In this document: one piece after another, positions 19,665 through 29,838 of the stretch | Position numbering within the stretch: position 1 is the first letter of the stretch | Layout of the letters: every line of letters begins with the position of its first letter | Assembly (NCBI GenBank): GCA_963713045.1 | Contig: CAVQKE010000003.1 | Coordinates: forward strand, 416,001 to 480,000 | Direction: 5' to 3' | DNA length: 64,000 nt | Source: an uncultured delta proteobacterium | Lineage (GTDB): Bacteria > Myxococcota > Myxococcia > Myxococcales > Myxococcaceae | Notes under the pieces: model-generated | Seen by the model: only the letters and a program-made list of their open reading frames with translations | Database searches by the model: none | What the model was told of the DNA's origin: nothing | Made by a program: the position numbers and the translations under genes

Positions 19665-20522
19665 TCAAGCGGCCAGCGTCTGGGTGGCCGGGCCCAGCGG
19701 ACCGCGCACGCCATACAGCCGGCGCAACCGCCGCTCCAACTCCCCCGCGTGCAGCCGAAGTCGGTGAATGCGCCCCTGCCGCGTCTCGATGGCATTGCGG
19801 TCGGTCAGCGTCAACCGCCCCCACGGACGGGCCAGGGTGAAAACGGCATGGCCGGTGAAGGGCGAGGCACTCGACGTCTGGTGCCAAGCATTCATCCCGG
19901 CAAAGGACTGCAGCGAGCGCGGCTCTCGTGACACCCGGTACAGGGAGCGCCAGTGGTCTTTCGCGGCGTGCTCCAGCACCAGCTCGTCAGGCCACTCGCC
20001 CTGGACCAACCGGTACTTCCCGCTGACATCGGACTGCTCCACGGTGGAGAGGAGCATCGGCGCGCGAAAGGCGTCCCCAAAGCCAACGTCGACAAGGTAG
20101 GTCTGGTCGAGCGCCACCGAAAGCGTCAGGTGGTCGAACTCCGGGCCCCAGTTGCGTTCGTGCTTCCGCCAAACCCGAGCCGACAGCAGCGACACCTGAA
20201 ACCCCATGGCCGAGAGTGCGGAGGCAAAGAGCGCGTTGAGCTCGTAGCAAAAGCCGCCTCGCCGGAGCTCCACCACCTTGGACCAAGCTCGGCGGACGTC
20301 CAGTGGAATGGGCTTCCCCCAGAAGATGTCCAGGTTTTCAAAAGGCACGCGAAGCAAGTGGCGCCGTTGTAGCCGGGTGAGAAATGGCAGCGACGGTCGC
20401 TCCGCGCGGGACAGGCCCAGCCGCGCAAGGTAGGCGGCAAGGTCCGCCGGTCGGAGCTCCGCGTCGAGCGCGTGGGTAAGGGGAACAGCGTTGAGGGATT
20501 GGTTTTGTGCAGGCGACGGCAT
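19665..20522 (-). CDS. Arylamine N-acetyltransferase family protein
   Basis: VPFENLD, RRGGFCYELN (Cys), DHL (His), VDVGFG (Asp) catalytic triad. Confidence 0.92.
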   Translation of the reverse strand: MPSPAQNQSLNAVPLTHALDAELRPADLAAYLARLGLSRAERPSLPFLTRLQRRHLLRVPFENLDIFWGKPIPLDVRRAWSKVVELRRGGFCYELNALFASALSAMGFQVSLLSARVWRKHERNWGPEFDHLTLSVALDQTYLVDVGFGDAFRAPMLLSTVEQSDVSGKYRLVQGEWPDELVLEHAAKDHWRSLYRVSREPRSLQSFAGMNAWHQTSSASPFTGHAVFTLARPWGRLTLTDRNAIETRQGRIHRLRLHAGELERRLRRLYGVRGPLGPATQTLAA

Positions 20523-20632
20523 GGACGGGGCGAGCGACCGACTTCCGGCCCAGGTTAGATGCTAGTCGCTTTGCCGCGTTGCGGGTGGATTAGCCAAACA
20601 CAGGTCGTCGACGCAGGGGTGGGAAATTTCAT

Positions 20633-22268
20633 TCACTCCGAGGCTGGTGTCCTACCTCCCGGCGGCCCCCCTGGCGACCCCGTCCCCCCACCCGGACCGC
20701 CCCGACCTCCCCGCCGGCGCCGGCGTCGCTTCCGCCCGGTGGGGAGCGGCGCCCCGGGCGCGGGAAGCGGAGTCTCGCCGGATTGCCACGCCGTGAGTTC
20801 TGCCCTCCCCTGCCCCGTCGCCTCGACGCTGCATGCAAAGACGGTGAGCGACTCATTGAAGAGCGGGTGCCGCCGAAAGCTGCCGAGACTTCCGCGGCGG
20901 CGCCGTTGTCCGGAAAGCGTCGCCTGGGCGAGCAACATCATCCGGCAGCGCTCGGCGATACGGCGCGGAAGCCGCGCGGTGCGCACCAGCTCCGTCAGCA
21001 TGGCCTCGATTGCCTCGGGCATGCCGCTCGAGGCGTCCTCGGTCGCCTGCGGCGCGGCCCGGCATCACCGGCACCAGCAGTACCGCCAAGAGGACCGCGT
21101 CCTCCAGGGTTTGGCCGGAGCGCACCCGTGCGTCCGCTGCTCGTGCGAAGGCGGCAAGCGTCCGCTCCCCCTCAACCCCGTGCTCCTTCAAATAGCCGTC
21201 GATGGGCGGCAGGACGAAACGCAAGGCGTCCAATGCGGAGAGCAGCGCCACCCCCTCTGCGCCAACACCGCCGCGGAGGATGCGAAAGGTGTCCTCCAGC
21301 AGACGGGGCGGAGCGCACCGGGGGAGGTCCTCCACCGCCCCTTCCATCGCAGCGTAGGTGCGGGGCTCGATGTCGAATTCCAGTCGGCAGGCAAATCTCA
21401 CCGCCCGCAGAATGCGAATTGGGTCCTCCCGCATTCGGCGCTCGGGGTCGCCGATGGTTCGCACCAGACGCTCCTCCAAGTCGCGCCGGCCTCGGACGAA
21501 GTCCAGCACCCGTCCGGCGGCGACGTCGTAAAACAGTCCATTGATGGTGAAGTCCCGCCGGCGCGCGTCTTGCTCAGCAGTCCCAAAGACATTGTCATCC
21601 CCGATGAGCAGGTCATCCGAGCGCTCTTCGGCCAGCGCTGGTTCGACCGGGTCCAAGTCGGTGATGGGATTGGCGCGAAAGGTCGAGACTTCGACGATTT
21701 TTCCGCCCCGGAAATAGACGTGAGCAAGTCGGAACCGCCGACCGATGAGACGACAATTTCTAAAAATGCCCCGAACTTCGGTGGGCAGTGCGCTGGTCGC
21801 AATGTCGAAGTCCTTCGGCGTGCGGCCCACCAGGAGGTCCCGCACGCAGCCGCCGACTAGGTAGGCCTCGTGGCCGTTTTGGTGAAGGCGGTTGACGACT
21901 TTGACAGCGTCAATATCGAGCGCTCGCGGGTCAATCTCCGCCTGTGCGCTGGCCGCAGCCTGAGGAACGGAGGCGTCCAGCTGGTCGGCTTCCGACTCCC
22001 ACAGCACCGCTGGCACCGGCTGCAGCTCGCGGGCATCCGGGGGCGGGGGCGGCTCCGGGACCGGCGCGTCCAGCGGGTCCAGGCCCTCCGACTCCCCCTC
22101 GTCGCCTTCCTCAAGGTCCGACTCGTCAGACTCCTCGCCGTCATCCCCGTCGCCCGGGGACGCCGCTTGGTGCTCCGGCAGAACGGGGGCCACTGAGGCA
22201 GCCTTCGGCTCTGCAGCGGCTGCAGGGTCGACGACAGGAGGAGGGGCGTGTGGGTCGTGCGAATTCAT
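20633..22268 (-). CDS. pcnB: Poly(A) polymerase I, split by one extra base near 21060
   Basis: LVGGCVRDLL, PKDFDIAT, the PAP-specific LIGRRFRLAHV, RRDFTINGL, EDPIRILRA; C-terminus (FRRHPLF...RKRRRRRR) continues in the 20633-21022 frame. Confidence 0.92.
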
Positions 22269-22349
22269 ACAAAGCGTTGACGCCCCGCGGCGGAGCGTGT
22301 TGAAGCGGTCGGCTTTACACGATTTCGCCCGCCGGAGGGAGTCGTCCTA

Positions 22350-23381
22350 GTGCGAACGCTGGTGACGGGGGCAACCGGGCTGATTGGCGCCAACCTGGTG
22401 CGGCGGCTCGCCCGAGATGGCACGCGTCCCAGGGTGTTGCTGCCTCCTGGCGCTGACCGGCGGGCGTTGGCGGGAGTCGACGTGGAGCCGGTAGCCGGCG
22501 ACGTGCGCGATGCGCATTCGCTGGCGAAGGCGATGGTCGGGATGACGCGCGTCTACCATGCCGCCGGTCACATCCGCTTCGATGACGCGGGGCGCCTTCT
22601 GTTGTGGAGCATCAACGTCGAGGGCACGCGCCAAGTCCTGCAGGCGGCGAGGAGCACTGGCGTCGACCGCTTGGTGCACGTCTCGAGCAGCGTCGCGGTA
22701 GGCGCCGGCCCGCTGTGTGAGCCGGCCACCGAGGACAGCGCATTTCCTCCGGCAGGGGGCACTCCCTACGCCGAGAGTAAGCGCGCCTCCGAGGAACTTG
22801 CGGCCGGGGACTGGGGCGACTTGGAAGTGGTCATCGCCAATCCCACCTTCGTCGTGGGCGCCTACGGCACCGGGGCGAGCAGCGCCGAGGTGGTCAGGCT
22901 AATCGCCTCGGGGGTGCTTCGCGCCTACCCGCCCGGGGGCACCAACTTCGTCAACGCAGAGGACGTGGCCGATGGGCTGGTGTTGGCCATGGAAAAGGGA
23001 ACGGCTGGCGAGCGCTACTTGCTGGGCGGGGAAAACCTCACCTACCGAGCCTTCCTGGCCCAGGTGGCCGAGGAGTGCGGCGAGGCCCCGCCCGGCCTGC
23101 AGATGCCTGGCTGGGCGGCGCGGGGCCTCGGTCGGGCTGGCGACGTGCTCGGCCGACTCAGCTCGGCGCGTCTCGGCTGGCTGAATACGCCCTTCCTGGC
23201 CGGCCTCTTTGAAGCAGCGTATTTTTCGTCCGCCAGGGCCGAGCGCGCTTTGGGTTACCGGCCCCGGCCCATCCGCCGAGGCATCCGCGAGGCGCTGCGC
23301 TGGTACCAGGAGCAGGGGCGGTTGCCGTGGGACCGTCCGCTCACGCCCCGTGGACTGGTCGAGCCAGGCGGCCTCGGTTAG
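22350..23381 (+). CDS. NAD-dependent epimerase/dehydratase (extended SDR, HpnA-like)
   Basis: VTGATGLIG, YHAAG, VHVSS, YAESK catalytic YxxxK. Confidence 0.88.
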   Translation: MRTLVTGATGLIGANLVRRLARDGTRPRVLLPPGADRRALAGVDVEPVAGDVRDAHSLAKAMVGMTRVYHAAGHIRFDDAGRLLLWSINVEGTRQVLQAARSTGVDRLVHVSSSVAVGAGPLCEPATEDSAFPPAGGTPYAESKRASEELAAGDWGDLEVVIANPTFVVGAYGTGASSAEVVRLIASGVLRAYPPGGTNFVNAEDVADGLVLAMEKGTAGERYLLGGENLTYRAFLAQVAEECGEAPPGLQMPGWAARGLGRAGDVLGRLSSARLGWLNTPFLAGLFEAAYFSSARAERALGYRPRPIRRGIREALRWYQEQGRLPWDRPLTPRGLVEPGGLG

Positions 23382-23401
23382 GCCAAGCCCCAGGTGCCCC
23401 C

Positions 23402-24472
23402 TTACTCGACTGGCCGAAGACGCCGCCCCGGCCGGCGCCGAAGCTTTCCCCGCGGACGGGCGTCGTCGAGGAGTTGCAAATAGTCGACGGGCACTGCAGG
23501 CGGAAGCGGCGGGGTCGTCCCCAGCGCCGCCACGCGGCGGGTAAAGGCCTTGACGATGTCCGGCACCGGGCGCAGCGCGGCCAGCACTCGGTCTGGCCCT
23601 TCCAGCGCCCCCTCGAGCGCCTGAACCAGCGGCACGGAGACTGCCTGGAGCGGCAGGCCGCGCCGCAACAGGTCCTGAAAGGAATTGGACAGCGTGATGA
23701 GGTTGTAGCCAGCGGTCTGCACCATCTCTGCCGCCACGCGCACCACCTGGCTTGGCGTGAGGAGGCCGTCTCCGAGGAGAACCAGCGCTGCTTGAAAGTA
23801 GTTGAAGATGGGGACCACCCGCGGGCCGTAGCGGCTGAAGTAGGCCGGGGGGGTGAGTCGGTCGAGCATGATGAAGATGCGTCGCACCGGGTCGGCCCGG
23901 GGCACGGTGTGCCAAGCGGCGAGAATGCGCGTCGCATCGTCGGTATAGACCTCGGCCGCGGCCAGCACCTGGGCCAGGACCCGCGCCTCCACCCGACCGG
24001 CGACGAGGTCGGCGTAAAGCGAGTAGATGAAGGCATCCGCTTCGGCGTCGTCGCCGAACAGCACCTCCTCGGCTTCCACCGGCGCGCGGGCCCGCGACTC
24101 CAACAACACCGGCAGCTTGTAGCCAACTTGGCCCCGCAGCGCGCGAAAGCGTCCGCGGAGCAGGTTACTTACATTGTCTTTGAGGACCAGCTCATCCCAG
24201 GCCACCCCGTCGAGCTTCAACTTTTCCTCGAGCACCCGCCGCATCTGGACGGGGCTCCCGGAGATGATGCACAGCCGCGAGTCGCCGCTGGCGCGCAACT
24301 CTCGGATGAGGGCCGCTGCCCCGGGAACAGCCGTCTTCTGGCTCGCCTTCTGGAGTGCGGTCCGGACCAACTGGCGGAGCGAGTCAAAGTCGGTCTGCAG
24401 GTACGTCTTGTCCAAGTCCCACCGGTAGATGTGTCGCGCCGGAGGAGGGTCGATGCGGTCCGGAAGACTCAC
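23402..24472 (-). CDS. HAD-superfamily phosphatase-domain protein (App1/DUF2183-like, candidate lipid phosphatase)
   Basis: WDLDKT (DxDxT motif I), ISGSP (motif II), GYKL (Lys), FGDDAEAD (motif IV); GTG overlaps the plsX stop. Confidence 0.7.
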   Translation of the reverse strand: MSLPDRIDPPPARHIYRWDLDKTYLQTDFDSLRQLVRTALQKASQKTAVPGAAALIRELRASGDSRLCIISGSPVQMRRVLEEKLKLDGVAWDELVLKDNVSNLLRGRFRALRGQVGYKLPVLLESRARAPVEAEEVLFGDDAEADAFIYSLYADLVAGRVEARVLAQVLAAAEVYTDDATRILAAWHTVPRADPVRRIFIMLDRLTPPAYFSRYGPRVVPIFNYFQAALVLLGDGLLTPSQVVRVAAEMVQTAGYNLITLSNSFQDLLRRGLPLQAVSVPLVQALEGALEGPDRVLAALRPVPDIVKAFTRRVAALGTTPPLPPAVPVDYLQLLDDARPRGKLRRRPGRRLRPVE

Positions 24473-25494
24473 CTCAGCCCTGCCTGGATTGCCTGCGCCA
24501 GGTCGGAGGACACCGCTTTCGCCGCCACCTTGCCGGCGTTTGCCACCGCACGGGCGCGGCTACGGCCGTGCGCTTTGATGAAGAGCCGGTCAAAGCCAAG
24601 GACCGGGGCGCCCCCGTATTGCTGCCAATCGGTGAGGTCCTTCAGTTGGTTGAGCCCGTTGGCCAGCATCCACAGTCCGATTCGCCAACGCAGGCGCGAG
24701 GCGTACGCGTACCGGGCCAACTCCACCACCGTCTCGGAGACTCCCTCCAGCATCTTCAAGCAAACGTTTCCAACGAAACCGTCGGTCACCACCACGTCGG
24801 CAGTGCCTTTGGGGATGTCCACGCCTTCGATGTTGCCGACGAAGCGAACGCCGGGATGCTGGGCAAGCTTTTGGTTGGCCTCCACCACCCGCGGGGGACC
24901 CTTCATCGCCTCGGTGCCGTTGGAGAGCAAAGCAACGGTGGGGCGGGGGTTCTTGCTGATGATGCGGGCGTAGGCCGAGCCCATCACCGCGAAGGTGACG
25001 AGGTCATCGGCGAGGGCGTCCACGTTGGCGCCCACGTCGAGAATCAAACTGAACGGGTCGTGCTTCTCCCCATGTCCGGCGCGTGTCGGGTACACCGAGG
25101 CGAGCGCGGCGCGACGCACCCCGGCCAAGAGCTGGAATGTCCGGGCCGCGGCCAAAACCCCGGCTCCGGTATTTCCGCAGCTCACCAGCGCGTCCGCCTC
25201 CCCGTCCGCCACCAGGCGGGCGGCCACCAGCACCGACGCCTCGGGTTTGTCGGCCAGGGCTGCCGCCGGCTTCTCATGCATGGCGACAAAGCTCGGAGCG
25301 TGGTGAATGCTGATGCGCTCGCCGTTGTGCTGGGTGTGGGCCAAAGCCTGGTCGATGAGCTGGGCGTCCCCCACCAGCAGCGCGTGGATGTGAGGGGCCT
25401 CGAGGCTGAGCATGGCGGCGCCCCGAACCACCTCGGCCGGGCCATGGTCTCCGCCCATCACGTCGAACGCAATGGTGGTCGCACGCTGGGCCAT
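24469..25494 (-). CDS. plsX: Phosphate acyltransferase PlsX
   Basis: IAFDVMGGDHGP, VSCGNTGA, LDVGANV, GTEAMKG, FVGNIEG, TDGFVGNVCLK, GGAPVLG, KAHGRS. Confidence 0.93.
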   Translation of the reverse strand: MAQRATTIAFDVMGGDHGPAEVVRGAAMLSLEAPHIHALLVGDAQLIDQALAHTQHNGERISIHHAPSFVAMHEKPAAALADKPEASVLVAARLVADGEADALVSCGNTGAGVLAAARTFQLLAGVRRAALASVYPTRAGHGEKHDPFSLILDVGANVDALADDLVTFAVMGSAYARIISKNPRPTVALLSNGTEAMKGPPRVVEANQKLAQHPGVRFVGNIEGVDIPKGTADVVVTDGFVGNVCLKMLEGVSETVVELARYAYASRLRWRIGLWMLANGLNQLKDLTDWQQYGGAPVLGFDRLFIKAHGRSRARAVANAGKVAAKAVSSDLAQAIQAGLR

Positions 25495-25531
25495 TCCGGG
25501 GCGACCTTACCCTGGCCCGGGCGGTCGGCGA

Positions 25532-27433
25532 CTACTGCGTTCCGGTCACCCGGCGGTTGGCAGTACTGCGGTCCACACAACCCTTGGTGAGTGTGTACTC
25601 ATACGTGCCCAGCTCATCCCGCCAGTACTCGCCTTGGAAGGGCCAGTACAGCTGGTCGTCGGCCACCGCGACCGAGTAGCGGTACTGCTTGACGATGGCC
25701 TTGCGACCGCCCGCCTGAAGCTGCTCCTCGAGGAATTCCTTTTCCTTGCCGGTGGTCTCAAACTTGATGCGCTCGCCGTTTCCGAGCAGCGTCCGCAGGT
25801 TGGCGAGCTCCAGCTCCAGTTTGCCCCGCGCCATGACGCCCGCCCGAGTGACCAACTGCTGGCGCTCTTTGCTCAAGCGCTCCTGCAGGTGGCGCGCCAG
25901 GTCGGAGGTCCGAAAGGCCGTCCCACGGGCGGCGATGAGGTCGGTCTCTTTCTCGACTTCGAGGATGGCGTCGTTGGTGTTCTTCAGCTCGCGGTCGGTC
26001 AAGGCAAGCTTCAGCACACGCTCCAGAATGGCATCGGTTCCCGTCACCGGGCCGTTTCGGGCCTTGGCCTGCACCTCCGCCAGCACCTGGTAGTACTGCG
26101 AGGCTTCCATGTCCTTGCGCACCAGGGAATCGAGTTCGTCGTAAACCGGCTTGTAGCGCCGCTCGAATTCCTGAAGGATGGCGCTCGACTCCCGGTAACG
26201 GCAATTCTCGTAATAGACCACCGCCTTGAGCAGCAGCGCCTCGGGGAAATACTCGTCGCGGAAGAAGGGACTGCTGAGGGTGACCAGGTTGCCGAGCGCC
26301 TGCTGGTATTGGCCGATGCGGTAGTTGGCCCAAGCGGATTCGAAGAGAGCCTCCAGCCACTCCGAGCGACCACGCTCAATCTTCCCGTAGTAATAAATGG
26401 CGTAGCGATTCTGGCGAGCCGCGTAGTGAATCCGGGCAAGGTCCATGAAAGCCAGCTGACGCACAATCTCGTCGCTGCGCGCCTCCGCTGAGCTCGAGTC
26501 GCCCGTGGGGCGGGTGAGGCGCACCACGTCCTTCAGCGCCTCCACAGCGGCGGCCTGGTTCCCCTCGCGGTCGTAGATGACGCCTTCGAGAAACCGGGTG
26601 CGGGCATAGAAGGCGTCGCCCCGCGGGACTTTCGCCGCGAGGCGATGCGCTTCTTGAAAGCTCTTGGCGGCCTCTGCCTTCTGGTCCACCTGGTCGAGCG
26701 CGCGGCCCCGGACAAATTCATAGCGCGCGAGCAGGTAGTAGAATTCGTTGCGGTATTGCTCGGGCCACTGCGCATTCGCGTAGCGGGCTACTTCGTCCAG
26801 GATGACGGACTCATTGGTGGTCTTTCGCCCGATGTAGAAGAGCCATTCAAGGGATTTGGAGAAGAAGCGGGTCTGCTCTCCCCGAGAGAGAATCTGGCTA
26901 AATTCGCCCAGCGCCGAGTAGTAGAGGCCCATCCGGTAAAGCGTTTTGCCGAGCAAGTACTCGGATTCCAGCTGGAGCGGCGCCATCTTGGGGTCGTTGA
27001 TGAGGTCCCAGGCGGCGAGCGCCGCGTTCTCGTATTCCTTGGCCAAAAACTGGGCGTTCGCTGCATCCAGCCGCTGACGGTCGGCCGTTTTTCCGGTGAC
27101 GTCGAGGGCCTCGAAGGTGGTGGTCGGTGCGGTGCCCGCCTTCTTGGCCCCCGCCCCCGGTGGTGGGGGCATGGGAAGGTCCCTGGCGGCTTTGGGCGGC
27201 GCCGGACTGGGTTGGGTCAAGTCGACGCCCAAGCCCGGCGCTGGCGCAGGCGGGGTGGGCGTCTGGTTCTGCGCCAGGAGGGCGCTGGCTGCCGCGAGGT
27301 GGTTTGGAGTGGCGATTTGTTTCGCCTGGGGCTTTCTCTGAGGGGTGATGTCGAACCCTGCAAGAGGCTGCGCCACGCTCGGCGCGGCGGCGAGCAGGCA
27401 GCTGAGGACGGAAGCGCGAAGGAAAGACCCCAT
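25532..27433 (-). CDS. gltC: Gliding-motility TPR protein GltC
   Basis: Signal peptide, Pro-rich linker, multiple TPRs, C-terminal YWPFQGEYWRDELGTYEYTLTKGC; follows two beta-barrels. Confidence 0.85.
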   Translation of the reverse strand: MGSFLRASVLSCLLAAAPSVAQPLAGFDITPQRKPQAKQIATPNHLAAASALLAQNQTPTPPAPAPGLGVDLTQPSPAPPKAARDLPMPPPPGAGAKKAGTAPTTTFEALDVTGKTADRQRLDAANAQFLAKEYENAALAAWDLINDPKMAPLQLESEYLLGKTLYRMGLYYSALGEFSQILSRGEQTRFFSKSLEWLFYIGRKTTNESVILDEVARYANAQWPEQYRNEFYYLLARYEFVRGRALDQVDQKAEAAKSFQEAHRLAAKVPRGDAFYARTRFLEGVIYDREGNQAAAVEALKDVVRLTRPTGDSSSAEARSDEIVRQLAFMDLARIHYAARQNRYAIYYYGKIERGRSEWLEALFESAWANYRIGQYQQALGNLVTLSSPFFRDEYFPEALLLKAVVYYENCRYRESSAILQEFERRYKPVYDELDSLVRKDMEASQYYQVLAEVQAKARNGPVTGTDAILERVLKLALTDRELKNTNDAILEVEKETDLIAARGTAFRTSDLARHLQERLSKERQQLVTRAGVMARGKLELELANLRTLLGNGERIKFETTGKEKEFLEEQLQAGGRKAIVKQYRYSVAVADDQLYWPFQGEYWRDELGTYEYTLTKGCVDRSTANRRVTGTQ

Positions 27434-27439
27434 GGCCGG

Positions 27440-28216
27440 CTACCCGTCGTGGAAGGTGGTCGGGAAGAAAAAGCCGACCCCCAGGTCGATGAAGAACTGG
27501 TTTTGGACTGAGGTGCCGCCGCCGGGCGTGGGGGACTTCTCGCCGTAGATGTCGTCTCGCAGCTCGAACCTGAGGGTCATCCACTTGTTGAAGAAGAAGC
27601 GCATCCCAATGCCGACTTCACCGCCGCAAGTGAGGTAATTGCTGCTGCCGGTCAGGCCGCTGGAGGGCGGTCCGGCGTAACTCACCAAGGCCGGGCCGAG
27701 GATGCCGTAGAAGTCGAAGTGCAGCACCCATTCTGCGAAGAGGTTGAATTTACCGTAGATGGGCGTCCACTGCACGTCGAGCGCGCCGAGGAATTTGATT
27801 TGCCCGGTGCCCTTGCCGTCCAACTCGTCATAGGTCGGCGAGCGGCAACCCCGCGTTCCACCGGCCGCGACGTTGACGGTGCAGATTTGAGCCGACCCCG
27901 ACACCGTGTCCACCGCGTAGCCGCCCCGAAGCATCACCCCCAAGGTGTCGTTGAAGTTGTACGTGAGGCTGAGCTCGAAGACGTACTTGGTAAAGAAGGC
28001 GTCGCGAAAGCTGAAGGCCACCGAGGGAACCAGCTCCCAGCGCTCCTTCAGCAAGAAGACGTGGCGGACGACGGGTGGAATGCGGTCCTTGAGCGGGCCG
28101 ACGTCCCGCTCGAGCTGGGTCGTGTCCCCGGCGTCATCCGGCGACGTCGGGCTGCTCTGGGCAGCTGCGAGGCTCGGCAGCCCAACGACGACGAGTGCGA
28201 GGAGCAGCCGGCGCAT
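27440..28216 (-). CDS. gltA: Gliding-motility outer-membrane beta-barrel GltA
   Basis: Signal peptide; FLLKERWEL, WTPIYGK, HFDFY, C-terminal GVGFFFP; second of the tandem barrels; A/B assignment rests on recalled synteny. Confidence 0.75.
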   Translation of the reverse strand: MRRLLLALVVVGLPSLAAAQSSPTSPDDAGDTTQLERDVGPLKDRIPPVVRHVFLLKERWELVPSVAFSFRDAFFTKYVFELSLTYNFNDTLGVMLRGGYAVDTVSGSAQICTVNVAAGGTRGCRSPTYDELDGKGTGQIKFLGALDVQWTPIYGKFNLFAEWVLHFDFYGILGPALVSYAGPPSSGLTGSSNYLTCGGEVGIGMRFFFNKWMTLRFELRDDIYGEKSPTPGGGTSVQNQFFIDLGVGFFFPTTFHDG

Positions 28217-29055
28217 CACTCGGACTCCCGCCCGGTAGACTTGAAGGGAATGAAGAGGGACAGGCCGAAATTGATGGTGAACAGATTCTGAATCGCCCCC
28301 AGCGTCGTTCCCGCCGGTGTATCCCCGTAGCAGGTGTCCACCAGCGACAGGTCAACGCTCATCCAGTCCAGGGCGACGAAGCGCATCCCGATGCCAATTT
28401 CCCCGGCAAATGAGGGACCCCGCTTCGGGCCGTTGGGTTGAAGGGAATCCACCGGCGTCGGCGAGGTCTCGGTCCAAACCACCCCGAGCCCTCCCAAGAA
28501 GTAGACGTCGAAATGGAAGATGGAGTTGAAAATGCTCGCTTTGCCGTAAATCGGACTCCACTCGACGTCGCCGAGCAGCGACCACTCCGGCACCGAATAA
28601 TAAATGCGGCTCTGAAAGTTCTGCTTGGCGATGGTGACGTCGGGCGTCGGGTACACCTGGTACCAGCTGCCGTGCACCGATAGTCCGAGGGTATCCGCCA
28701 GGAAGTAAGTGCCGCGGAGCGAGATGCCCCACTTGGAATAGTACGGGTCATTGACGCTGATGAAGACGGAGGCCGCGAGCTCGAACCGATGCGCCTTGAG
28801 GAACACTTTGCGCTGGATGCTCTTGACGAGGTCATCCTGGGTAAGCTCGGCCTCATCGAGTGGCTGCGCCTCGGCTTGCACTGCGGGCTTGGCCACAGGA
28901 CTTTCCGCTTTTGGACTTTCCTGAGACAGGTCCAGCCCGAGCCCCGCAGGGGCCGCTGGCTCAGCCGGTGGAGCAGGTGGCGGGGCCGGCGTCTGCTGGG
29001 CCCGAGCGGCCGGAGCCAGCAGAAGGAGACACGTCACCGCTACCAGGCGTCGCAA
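28216..29055 (-). CDS. gltB: Gliding-motility outer-membrane beta-barrel GltB
   Basis: Probable TTG start at 29055 (LRRLVAVTCLLLLAPAARA signal); KSIQRKVFLKAHRFEL, WSPIYGK, HFDVY; paralogous to the next gene and divergent from cglC. Confidence 0.75.
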   Translation of the reverse strand: MRRLVAVTCLLLLAPAARAQQTPAPPPAPPAEPAAPAGLGLDLSQESPKAESPVAKPAVQAEAQPLDEAELTQDDLVKSIQRKVFLKAHRFELAASVFISVNDPYYSKWGISLRGTYFLADTLGLSVHGSWYQVYPTPDVTIAKQNFQSRIYYSVPEWSLLGDVEWSPIYGKASIFNSIFHFDVYFLGGLGVVWTETSPTPVDSLQPNGPKRGPSFAGEIGIGMRFVALDWMSVDLSLVDTCYGDTPAGTTLGAIQNLFTINFGLSLFIPFKSTGRESE

Positions 29056-29309
29056 GGTCTGGAGTCTCCGTCCGAGGGGGCCGCGGTCGAGTCGCTTGGG
29101 TTGGAACCGTCGGGCGAACGTCTGGCGGGCGAGTGTACTCGCGCTCACTGACCCCAGCAATTGCAATCCCCGCTTCCCGGGCCCTCCGCGTAGTGAGATG
29201 TCGGTGCTGCTCGCCGTTCGCTCTGACGTGCATCCATCTGCTACCGTGGAGGGCCGTTTCTCGGATGGCTCGCTCCCGTCCCAGAACCTCCACGAGGTCA
29301 CCCCCACGC

Positions 29310-29819
29310 ATGCTGCGTCATCTGTTGCTCGGTGCCATCCTGCTCAGCGCGACGCTCTTCGCCTGCTCGACCAGCACCGACCTCGGGCAGCTCTGTACCC
29401 CAGTGAAAGCCCTCCCAGACGGTGGCGTCACCGACGTGTTGGTCGGCGACCTCTCGTCGGGCAAAGACTTCGTCAGCTTCGGGGCGACCGAGTGCTCGGA
29501 CTTGGTATGCGTGGTGGACCAGACACTGGCCAGTCAGCAGCTCTCCGAGGCACAACGGGACGCTGGCAACTCGCTCAGCAGCCCCGCAGTCGGTTACTGC
29601 TCGACAGCATGCGTTCAAGGCAATGACGCCACCTGCTCTCCCCAGTACGACAATTACCAGGACCAACCGGCGCTGGTGATGACCTGCCGCGAGCTGGTGC
29701 TTGACCCCGCGCTGATTGCGGAAATCTGCCAGAACCCGGCGAAATGCGAGGAGTACTTTGGAAGCAATCGCTCCTCGTTCTTCTGTGCCCGCGGAACTGC
29801 TCCCGACGGCGGCGGCTGA
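29310..29819 (+). CDS. cglC: Adventurous gliding motility lipoprotein CglC (GltK)
   Basis: Lipobox LFAC; Cys-rich; KDFVSFGATECSDLVCV, GYCSTAC, CRELVLD, FFCARG; divergent from gltB. Confidence 0.85.
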   Translation: MLRHLLLGAILLSATLFACSTSTDLGQLCTPVKALPDGGVTDVLVGDLSSGKDFVSFGATECSDLVCVVDQTLASQQLSEAQRDAGNSLSSPAVGYCSTACVQGNDATCSPQYDNYQDQPALVMTCRELVLDPALIAEICQNPAKCEEYFGSNRSSFFCARGTAPDGGG

Positions 29820-29838
29820 GGACCGCCCTCGGCGGTGA

